Positions 1 through 14,395 of a stretch of 64,000 bases of DNA are shown piece after piece. Location of the stretch: the NCBI RefSeq assembly GCF_009914755.1, contig NC_060933.1; one strand, given 5' to 3'. This DNA is from the human T2T-CHM13v2.0 reference genome, Homo sapiens. A program made the translations under genes and the position numbers. The notes beneath the pieces were generated by a model. That model was not told the DNA's origin. It worked only from the letters and a program-made list of their open reading frames with translations, and did no database searches. Positions within the stretch are counted from its first letter, which is position 1. Each line of letters begins with the position of its first letter.

Positions 1-1261
1 CACCGGAAGCCCAGTCAGTATCCTGTGTTCACGCCCGATATTGCTTATGTAGGAGAACCAAATGAATCTACTTCTGAGGTTTGAATTTTGAAGGATTCTC
101 TGAGAGAGGTAAAGGAATCTACTAGAAAAGGACATGGGAATTTTAGTGCCAGGCTGACCTGAATTTGAATTTCCGTTCCATCTCTTCCTGGTTCCTACTT
201 ATACTGTGCATAAGTAACTTCCTACTAAGTTACGTCCCCTGCATCTGTAAAACAGGGGTTTACTATAAGAGTTAAATAAATGATATAAATAGAGCACTGC
301 TATGCTTGGCATATCATAGACACACATTACATGAGAATTCTTTCCTTCCAGTTTCTAGGCTGGGCCTTTTTAATTAATTAATTAATTTTTTAAAGTGAGA
401 GGACTCTTTTTTGGAATCCCAAACGAGAGGTACATTTTGCTATCCATTTTATGGAGGAAGATGAATGATACTTGCCTGTTTTCTTTGAGCTAATGGTTAA
501 GTCCCTCTCCATTCAAATGAAATGAAAAAAGCTAGTGATTCAGATACAGTGAACAACAACAAAAAAAAAGACACACAGAAAACAATCGTTCTTTGCAACA
601 ATGTACCAGATACAACTGTTCATTCTCCGATATCCCTGTTTTAAAATCCCAGCTCCAAGTATTTATTTTGTTAAATTTTATCCTAGTTTTTGTAGCATCA
701 TCCTGAGACCTTCAGTACCCATGCAGGATGCTGACGCTGATACTGCGTTACCCTCTATTGAGCAAGGAAACCATTCCTCACCACCTCACCCACCACTGGG
801 CAAATGCCCTCTACTTAATCATGACAAACAAAAAAGGTTTAGAAGAAACAGAGAAAGAGTTATTTCTTTCTATTTTCCTAGCATCATGCAGATAAATTAC
901 TTTGTATAAGACAATAAAGAAATCCAAGCTATGCTAAGACCGTCTTGTGTCTGTGCAGAGTGGGGGACACAAGAAACTGATACACTGTTAACCAGTAGAG
1001 ACAGTATACCAATTAACCAATGTAACTGTTACTTTTTCCAAAGTGGTAGTAAAGTTCAAGCTAAAAATGAACAATAATCAAATAACCCCAGGAAAAGATT
1101 AGGTGAAAGAGGATCTAAAAGAACACAACAATTATCTATAGGTTATAGGAAAAAATTGTATTTATTGGAGGATATTTAATATTGTTTTAAAAATAAGATA
1201 GTGCCATTTCCCCTGTTCCAGAACTGACCTCTTTTCCAACCCACTTCTCCAAACACACACT

Positions 1262-1551
1262 TTTTTTTTTTTTTGATACAGGGTCTCACTGCCACCAGGC
1301 TGGAGTACAGTGGCACGATCACAGCTCACTGCAGCCTTGACTTCCCAGGATCAGGTGATCCTCCCATCTCAGCCCCCTGAATAGCTGGACTACAGGCAAA
1401 TGCCATCACGCCTGGCTAATTTTTATATATTTAGTAGGAATGGGGTTTTGCTATGTTGTCCAGGCTGATTGCAAACTCCTGGGCTCAACTGATTCTTCCA
1501 CTCAGCCTCCCAAAGTGCTAGGATTACAGGCGTGAGCCACCACACCCAGCC
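1262..1551 (-). mobile_element. Alu (AluJ-like)
   Basis: Poly-T followed by reverse-strand Alu dimer; diverged. Confidence 0.9.
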
Positions 1552-1600
1552 TCAAACTAGTACTATTTCTTAACACATCTCTGAAACTGTCAGGACTTAC

Positions 1601-1699
1601 TTGATGATGCTCTCTGGAATGTGGATGCAATCCATTGGGATCAGCCCACTGAGTTCTGATAAGCTATTGACATATTTAATTTTACTGCTGAATTTTGAA
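1601..1699 (-). CDS. PRUNE2: PRUNE2 BCH-domain exon (99 nt, phase 2-2): SKFSSKIKYVNSLSELSGLIPMDCIHIPESII(K)
   Basis: Acceptor poly-T tag|TTCA and donor ATCAA|gtaagt. The gene continues beyond position 1. Confidence 0.95.
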
Positions 1700-1899
1700 C
1701 TAAAAAAAAAAAAAAGAAAAAAATATGTATCATTAGTCACTACCTTATCCATTCTAAGGCTATTGCCTTTTCTTGAAAATCCTGATACTTAACACCTTGC
1801 CACAGCACTCTTACTAAGAGGCTAACATTATTTGACGAGTTACAATGTGCCAGACACTGTTTTGTTGTTGTTGGTGGTGATGTTTTATTCTGTTTTTAA

Positions 1900-2262
1900 A
1901 ATTTATTTTTTAAATTGCCATGTAAAAAAGTATAACATGATGTTCTGAAATATGTATACGTTGTGGAATGGCTGAACTGAGCTAATTTACGTATGTATTA
2001 CTTCACATGCTTTTTTTTTTTTTGATACTTAAAATCTACTCTCTTAGCAATTTTCTAGGATGCAATACATTGTTATTAGCTCTGGTCACCATGTTGTTCA
2101 ATAGGGCTCTGGAACTTATGCCTCTTAACCGAAATTTTGTGGTTTTTGACCAACATTTCCTCACTCCCAACCCCCAGCTTCTGGTAACCACCATTCCACT
2201 CTCTACTTCTATAAGCTCAACTTTTTTAGATGCCACATATAAGTGAGATCATGCAGTATTTG
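1900..2262 (-). mobile_element. Old L1 (L1MA-like) 3' end fragment, nested in MIR-like sequence
   Basis: L1 3'UTR motifs 'aaaatctactctcttagcaatttt' and 'ccacatataagtgagatcatgcagtattt'. Confidence 0.75.
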
Positions 2263-2873
2263 GCCAAATGCTGTCTTAAGTGGTTTACACATATGAATGC
2301 AGGTATTTCTTATTACAGCCTAGTGAGGTAGACACTATTATTATCCTATTTTCAAAGATAAGGAAACAGATACAGAGCAGTTAAGTGTTTACCCAAGGTC
2401 TCACCATTAGTAAATGGCAGAGCCTATACTAACCTGGGCAGTCTGACTTTGGCATTCACACTCTTGACCATATATTGTGCGGCCTCCCGGTGGTTCCTGC
2501 TACTCTGAATAGTCACTACTTTATGCCTTGTTTGTCTCTGTTTACTTATTTGTTTGTAACAAACAAAAATCTTACCATTAGTTCTTTCAGAATCTACCAA
2601 GTTTGATGATACTTTAAAAATATATGTAAACTCATTTTTCTTTTTTTTTTAGTTTATTTTAAAAATTTTTGTTTTTTTTTTTTTAAAGTTTTAGGTTGAA
2701 CGTTTATTCTGGATGAACCAACATTCAAAAATATGTTCCAATAATTGGATTTGAATTACAAACAGCTTTCATCTAAATGTGTTCGTTTTAGAGATGTGTA
2801 AATGCACAGAGAACAACTTGGAAGGATACCAATGAAACTGATAAAAGATTTTGCCTCTGGGGAAGGGGATTAG

Positions 2874-3234
<361 letters not shown>

Positions 3235-3689
3235 TGCATTTTCTTATTACTTGTGTAATGGCAAACTAATTTAAAAAGTATATCCAAGGGTCTAACATTC
3301 TTGAATGGTTTCAAATGAAAAGGTCTCTCTAGTCTACTGGGATCTTGCTGAGCTGTCTGCCATCTGTATTACCTTGTGTTCAACTACTATGCATTCTAGT
3401 AAGAAGCTTTTTTGAGGTGTGTCTTCTATCCATCTATCTTTAATACTTTACTTGCAATTTTGGCCCTGGGCCCAAGACACTTGTGAACAACCGTCCTCTC
3501 CATACAGTAGCTTCTGTCCCTCCTGATAAGTCTTGGGTCAACACACACTACCAGTGATATGCTACATTAAGCCTTTTTCCTCCTGTGGAGTTGTTGAGCT
3601 AAATACGGTTTTGATAAAAGACTGAGTGGGTGACTGAGAGGGAAAAGAAGTCATGCAAAAGGAAAACCTCCAGCTCCAGTGTTAACATT

Positions 3690-4075
3690 CACTGGAATTT
3701 CGCAGTTCTCTGAACATGCCATGTTCTCTCTTTATTGATGTATTTGTATCTGGCGTTTTGTCTACCTGTTTCCTCAACCTGGATTGCTCTTCTCTCTAAT
3801 TTCAGCTGGCCAATCCTGCTAATCCTTTAAAACTCACCTGGAGGGAAGGCCTCCTTCTGCAAAGCCTCTCTTGATGCAGATTATCAGCTTTCACTCTCTA
3901 CCAGGTATACCCCCAAACTCACCCTCACCTTGAGTCATCACCTCCTCAAGATGCAATTGTATCCTGTTATTGTAACTGTTCACTTGTCTGCCCATGTCTG
4001 CTCCAGGCTTTGTGCTCCTTAAGGACAGCAATCGAGCTATGTGATTTCCCAATCCAGTGCTTGGCACAGACAAAT
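3690..4075 (-). mobile_element. L2 3' fragment
   Basis: L2-like end 'tgtgctccttaaggacagc...tccagtgcttggcacag'. Confidence 0.55.
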
Positions 4076-4084
4076 TACTAATTT

Positions 4085-4637
4085 TTTCCCCCAGCTTTTA
4101 TTCAGGGGTACATGTGCAGGTTTTTACATGGGTAAACTGCATGTCACAGTGGTTTGATGTACAGATTATTTTGTCACCTAGTTAATGAGCATAGTACCTG
4201 ATAGGTAGTTTTTTGATCCTCACTGTCCTCCACCCTCCACCCTCTAGTAGTCCCTGGTGTCTGGAGTATACTCAATGTTCAGCTCCCACTTATAAGTGAG
4301 AACATGCGGTATTTGGTTTTCTTAGGATAACTCACTTATGATAATGACCTCCAGCTCCATCCATGTTGTTGCAAAGGAAGTGATTTAGTTCTTTTTTATG
4401 GCTGCTAGTATTCCATAGTGTATATGTACTGCATTTGCTTTATCCAATCCACTGTTAATGGGCATCTAGGTTGATTCCATGTCTTTGCTATTGTGAATAG
4501 TGCTGCGATGAACATACATGTGCATGTGTCTTTACGGTAGAATGAGTTATATTCCTTTGTGTATTTACCCAGTAATGGGATTGGCAGGTCAAATGGTACT
4601 TCTGTTTTAAGTTCTTTGAGAAATCTCCAAACTGCCA
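4085..4637 (-). mobile_element. L1 3' fragment (old L1PA/PB-like), ORF2 C-terminus plus 3'UTR
   Basis: ORF 4405..4680 resembles the L1 ORF2 tail ([28 protein letters not shown]). Confidence 0.9.
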
Positions 4638-4919
4638 ATAACTCATTGTTTAAAATGAACTTGCCATATACCTCTATCATAGATGCTACCCTTCAGTAGC
4701 GAGAAGACCTATAATACATTTTAGTGATCTCTTTTTTCATATCTACAAGTTGCTAACACTGAAGTAAATTGACTCAAAGGAGGATCTTTAAAGAGGCTCC
4801 TACATGATGAAACTGTAGAATACAATTATTAAGTACTTGATGTAGGTTTTCTTTAGAATTGGGCAGACAATTGGTTTCAAAGACGGAGCCTATCATTTCT
4901 AGGCTGTGTCACCCTAGAC

Positions 4920-6561
<1,642 letters not shown>

Positions 6562-6751
6562 TCATTAGGTTAAATGAGATAATGCAAATAAGCACTCAAT
6601 AAATTAAGCCATTATTAGTCATAATTTACCACAACACTGTTGCTATAATTTTATTATTACTGTTGTTGTTATTATCTTGAAGCTCCCTTCAATAAGTAGT
6701 GTTGAATTATAATAATGTTTAATAGCCTTACAGTAACAAATGTTTTCTTAT

Positions 6752-7173
6752 TGTTAAACTACATTTGGCTTGAGGCTTTCTCTGTAGTTTGAGTTCCTAG
6801 GTAGCTAACTGCAACCTAACATAGTATGTAAACAAAATTCCAACCTAACTTATGAGTATATTTTTGCAAAGACTAGCTGAGTCTCAGCCAATCAAAGCAG
6901 CTGAGCTTCAGCAATCACAGGTTGCCAAATGATCAGACCATGACCATATAAGGCAAATGCTTCATCACACTGTACCCAAATAAGATAACTGCTGAGCTGT
7001 ACCCAATCAAGCTATTTCTATACATCACCTTGCTTTTCTCTGGACAAATACTGTCTGCCCACTTTGCTGGGAGGAGCTCTCTGAACCTCTCCTGGTTCTA
7101 AGTCATGCTGGATTCATAAATCATTTTTTGCTCTAATAAACTGATTGATTTGTCTAAAGTTTATCTTTTAACA
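6752..7173 (+). mobile_element. Solo ERV1 LTR (MER57-like)
   Basis: TGTTAAA...TTTTAACA termini, repeated CCAATC boxes, AATAAA near the 3' end; near-TSD ttat/ttac. Confidence 0.72.
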
Positions 7174-7221
7174 TTACTTAATCAAGAAAAAACATTTGTT
7201 TTATAAGTGCTGAATTATTAA

Positions 7222-7679
<458 letters not shown>

Positions 7680-8878
7680 GCTCATAATATTTTTAAAAGC
7701 AATTTAACACAGTATGGTAAACAGCTAATCTTTGCCAGAGGGAAACTAGGGTGAATCCTGCTACTCAATTGAAGATAAATTGAAATTTTCCCATCTTAAA
7801 ATTATTAATTAATTTCGTCTAAAAATTCTGATAACTTCGTTTTTTCAGTGGTTTCTTCTTGTGTATAATGAAGATAATAACAGTATATCATGTGATTGTT
7901 TAGCCTTCAGTTTACCATTTTAACAATTCTTGATTTTCAGGTATATTTTTCAGCATTAGCAATTGGAAGTGGGGAATAAGAATAATAAATAAATATAACT
8001 AAATACTTAACAAGAAAGGTAGAATTTGGAAGCTACAGTAAAATCTATGTACACACAAAAAAAAGATTTTAAAGTTTATCTTTTTCCCCAGAAGCAAAGT
8101 TATCAGAATTTTTAAAAGAAATTCATTAATAACTTTGAGATGGGAAAATTTCAATTAATCTAATCTGTACCCTGATGGTGGGCAAATTTTATTGTTTTTA
8201 AAGCTATCTAGAAAGTAAATACTATCCCTTTCATTTAACTATTTGAAGTCTTACTATATTATGAACATAACTTATTTTACTTTGCATCCCTAAGATGTAA
8301 GGTTATGCAAAACCTAACATAAAATAAGTGACAAATAAATATTCACTGAATTGAAACCAAGACTCCTCAGGGGTGATCAAAACACAGCTCTCAAAATGGC
8401 TGCCCAGACTCTATATAACTTTGGTAGTTATATAAACGTTGTGTAGGTCTATTCAGAAGAAATGGCACAATTGAGACATGATATGGCTTCTGTTTCTGCC
8501 CTTGATTCATCTTTACTTTCCATTGTCATATTACTCTACCTTTCTATTCTCTACATAATAGCATATCACTTTAAATGTATTATCTATTCTCCTTTCTAAT
8601 GTGGCATGAAAATCCCACCACTTCATCTTCCGTGTTTATAGCAAGCAATTTAGAGGTCCTGTTTTATAATGATCTGGGGGAAATATTCATCATGACAGCA
8701 TTTTCTCTCTTAATTCGGGACTCTTGATGAATAGTCCAAAGCACCTTTCTAGGAAAGACAGAGACAAATATATTTCCCTGGGTACTCTTAGTTTATGAAT
8801 TCTTGTTTTTAGGACAATGAGTACATATTTTTTAAAACTACTAGTAGTACTTTTATTTTATGACAACATTAACTGTAC

Positions 8879-8965
8879 CTTATAAAAGGTCGTGTCACAG
8901 CAAGGATTGTTCTGATGAACCAAGATGGATGAACAATGATGAATGATTTCAAATTCTTCCTCAAC
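8879..8965 (-). CDS. PRUNE2: PRUNE2 BCH-domain exon (87 nt, phase 2-2): [28 protein letters not shown](S)
   Basis: Acceptor ttcaaaatag|GTTG and donor ATAAG|gtacag. CRAL-TRIO-like motif [14 protein letters not shown]. Confidence 0.96.
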
Positions 8966-9063
8966 CTATTTTGAAAAAAGAAAAAAAATACATTACTCTT
9001 AACCCATTTTCAGTGGGAATTAAAACATAAAACATATTCCTAAATAAGAATATATATAATTTA

Positions 9064-9378
9064 AGTCTGGCATGGTAGCTCATGCCTATAAACCCAGCAC
9101 TTTGGGAGGCCAAGGCAGGCAGATCACCTGAGGTCAGGAGTTTGAGACTGGCCTGGCCAACATGTTGAAACCCCATCTCTACTAAAAATAAAAATAAAAA
9201 TAAAAATAAAAAAATTAGCTGGGCGTGGTGGTGCCCGCCTGTAAGTCCTGGCTACTCAGTGGGTTAGACAGGAGAATCGCTTGAACCCAGGAGGCGGAGG
9301 TTGCCGTGATCCAAGATCATGCCACTGCACTCCAGCCTAGGCAACAGAGTGAGACTCCAACAACAACGACAACAACAA

Positions 9379-9380
<2 letters not shown>
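9064..9380 (+). mobile_element. Alu (AluS-like) with expanded (TAAAAA)n linker and (CAA)n tail
   Basis: Dimer structure. Confidence 0.9.

Positions 9381-9426
<46 letters not shown>
9381..9426. repeat. (GT)n microsatellite, about 23 units
   Basis: Directly visible. Confidence 0.97.
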
Positions 9427-9429
<3 letters not shown>

Positions 9430-9833
9430 ATTTTAGGGAGTTCTATGCAAGTTACTATTACCTGGTAGGAAGATATAGAATGGCCATGATTAATTACAAG
9501 AATGCTTTTTGAGATGTAATTTGAAACTTGTATGATTCAAACGTCATTTTCTCATAGAAGTAAATGTAAAATAGAATGGCTGTGTTCTTAGAGTGCATGA
9601 CTCTATAACCAACATGGTGTATTTTTGTTTAATGATGCTTTTATTCTCGTCAGTATTACCTTTACTATTTTGAAAAGAATACATGCTTAATAGCAACTTA
9701 GACAATTTATTTGATCTTATTGAGACTTGGTTTCTTCTTGTGTATAATGAAGATAATAACAGTATACCATGTGGTTGTTTAGTCTTCAGTTTACCAAAAT
9801 CAAAATAGTGATTAAATAATAGAGCCCACATAC

Positions 9834-9965
9834 CGTCTGTCAATCATCTGGTAGCATTTCTTCATCCAGCCTAGCCCTGGCATCCTCCTTCTTGGGGTTG
9901 CACCATTCAAGTACACAATCATATAGTCTTCAGCTACCATCAACTCTAAAGTACTTATTACATAT
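9834..9965 (-). CDS. PRUNE2: PRUNE2 BCH-domain exon (132 nt, phase 2-2): [43 protein letters not shown](R)
   Basis: Acceptor cctgtgatcag|ATATG and donor GACG|gtatgt. Lies within ORF 9812..10036. Confidence 0.96.
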
Positions 9966-10601
9966 CTGATCACAGGAAGGAAGAGGAATGTTTTCAGTTC
10001 CCACATCCTATTGACACCATAATTACATAACATCAAAAGTACAGGGTGTATGAAATTTAAGAATGATTGTGCATATTACCTCTTTACCTTGGGAAGAATA
10101 CAATTACCTAAGAGCATTCCTCTGAGAGTATTACTCATTTATCGGTATGGCTATCTATCTTTTAAATGGAGGTACACTAGAAAAATGTATGGGTTAGAAA
10201 GAATCCTGACTTTCAAAACTGTCAACAATGTTATCAAATACTAAGGGTAACTCAGGTTAAATAAGGGCAGATATTAATGAAGTCAGGTTATAGTCAGTCT
10301 TAGCTGACTAAGAACATGTTATGAAGGAACAAAAATAATACTTTGCCCAAAGGAAATGTTACAGAATTTTAAAATGCAAGCAAAATTCTGTTCATCTTGG
10401 TTTCAGTCTAGTCTACCCACAAAAGAGCTCCTTTAAAGGTTTTAGCCCCTTGAGCAACATTCCTTGACAGAAACCTTACTGACTTTTCACTGAAGGCTTA
10501 GAACATTCTACATCATCTATTTTCTTTAATTAAAGGTGCTCTATCTGCCATTACATGCCACAGACATTAACTCAAAGCACTTTGTCATAAGTATCACTCA
10601 C

Positions 10602-10704
10602 AGGAAAAGATTTTCCATGACATAGTGGTAATCCGCCCGACTGCTGTCTGGCAGAAAACAGGCGGCAAACACAATGATGGCATTTAGACCGTCCCCATAG
10701 TATC
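10602..10704 (-). CDS. PRUNE2: PRUNE2 BCH-domain exon (103 nt, phase 1 to 2): [34 protein letters not shown](L)
   Basis: Acceptor tgtcccccag|GATAC and donor TTCCT|gtgagt. Canonical BCH motif [19 protein letters not shown]. Confidence 0.96.
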
Positions 10705-11351
10705 CTGGGGGACAAACAAAAAGACACTTGTAACCAATTGAAAGCTCTTAACAAGGTAATATCTGACCTAATGGATAAATATGAAGCCTTGGCAAGTGTG
10801 TCTTTGTGGGTATATTAGCAGCATGAAATGGGGATTATGTTGACTATAGGTCTGTAGGTATATACCCATATAGTTATCTTTCAGTGGTTAACATCTATGT
10901 TTTATAGAGTGTTAAATATATAGGGCAATTATATTTGCATATGTAGGCTATTTATATATTACGGATGATTATATTGTTGTACATAGTTGTGAAGAGGGTG
11001 TGTAAATATTCGACATCACAAAAAAATGAGAGGGGGCAAGACTGACCTAAATGTCAGATTTATATCATACTAATACATAAGTACTTATACAGCACTTCTT
11101 TCTTCTGATGGCTAAGAAAGAGATTCTGTTTGATCCTCTATAGTTCTTTTTAGTCTTAGACACTGCTTAATTTAAAGGGAGAATTTAGCCACTGAAGTGC
11201 AATATAATCTCTCATCCACACACTCCAGTGACCAAATACTAGTGAGTAGACAAGTAAAACACCTTTATTTTGATTTCGAGGCCTGCAGTGCCCCTGGGAT
11301 CAACAGACAGTGTGAGAACCCATGAAAAGTTCTAGCCAGGCCTTGTTCTGT

Positions 11352-12770
<1,419 letters not shown>

Positions 12771-14386
12771 GAGAGCAAAACTAACTAAAAATATACCCAA
12801 TTATGGGTTTGTGTGTATTACTAATTTGAGGTAGTTGTATACAGTATTTATACTACAAGTGGTGATACGGTGTTGTTGTATACAGTATTTATACTACAGA
12901 TCTTAGAAGATGCTACCTATGTAAGTATTCAACTGATGCAACACATGTTTGTGAGAGAGCAACGTAGTAGCTTCTCTGGATATTTTTTGCTTTCGTTCCA
13001 TCTTTTCCAATATGCAGGGTATTTATCAACTACTTTTTAGAATGCAATATGAAGGAAAATGGCAGGAGGAGACATATCTTAATACAAAAATTGCTTGTTA
13101 CAATAATTTCATTTCTGAAGATGCATAATTAAATGGAAATCCACAAAGGATATGGTGGCTTAGCTATACTAATCCTCATACCGCACAGATAAGCAATTCA
13201 TCCTCAGCATGACGAAAAGACAGACGTTCATTAAAAGAGACAACAGACATAATGAATCCAACTTAAAAGCAAGAAAGCATCCTTTCAAAAGCGTTTTTCT
13301 AAATGTAGCAATCTGGCTCCAGAGTGTTACAGTAATTTCAAGATCATGACCACTCAGTTACTTTGATTTCTTTCTTTATTTCCATGAACTTCTAAGAAAT
13401 TTTTTTCGAAAGGGAAAGACTGAGGTTTATAAACAGTACTTCAGATGTCATTTTAAATGGCAGTTCAGCTCACTGTGTAAATGCTGTCTGCCCTTGGAAT
13501 GTTGCAGCGTCATGTTCATCCAAGTTTATTTAACTAAAGGAATACTACGGGATCAACCTACTACTTCATGATCGCTGTCTAAGTAAGAAATGTCTCGATA
13601 TAAAAAGTATGGAAATTTATAAATGAAAATGAAAATTTATAAATGAAAATGTGTTATTTTGGGCAGAGAAGCTTTAAGAAGGGAAGAAGAGGCAAAAAGA
13701 GAAGGAAGAAAGTAGCAGGAGAGGGGATAATTAAAAGAGGGAAATAAAAGAAAGATTTCCACATGAAAGTTTTCCTCCAAAATCAAGAGCCAGTGCCGTT
13801 GGCAGGCTTGGGAGATATTTCAGGTAATACTGTAATTTTTCTATAGCTGCTTCCTGCTAAAAAAAGTTTAAATTTAAATTTAAAAAATCAGATAATACTA
13901 TAATTGCAAGCAAAGTGCAATAACTAGAATGCATAGGATCAATCACTTTTTGCCCCTCCCAGATACCTTGAAGGGGTCAGCTAACCCCTCAATTTCTATT
14001 CTCAAATATGCAGCTTACTCTAGTAAAGTTTCCTGTTGGCAACAGCATAATTCATTTGAAGTCTGGTTTTTAAAACATTTCTTTCATTAGACTTTCTTCT
14101 CAATAAAGGTGAGGTGAATTCAAGGTGTATGTGCTGGGTGGGGTGCATGAGCAACCCCCCCAGGAGTCTCCTGAGACCCTCTGAAGCAAGGACGCAAACC
14201 TTACCTGAGTGACACAGACAGGCATGAAAGGGATGTAACACAAGTTTGCTGGCCAGCAATGGAATGGAGACAGAAGGAAAGATGTCACAGTCGCAACCAA
14301 AACATACACACACACACACCAGCCAGCAACTCTTCTCCTCATTCTTTCCAGGGTCATTTGTCCAGCAAGACTTCAGAGAAGGTTAC

Positions 14387-14395
14387 CTGAATCTC
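14387..14395 (-). CDS. PRUNE2: Candidate alternative 9-nt microexon GAGATTCAG (adds Gly-Asp-Ser)
   Basis: Long U-rich tract then tttcattatag|GAGATTCAG|gtaacc. Phase 1-1 matches the flanking exons. Confidence 0.7.
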
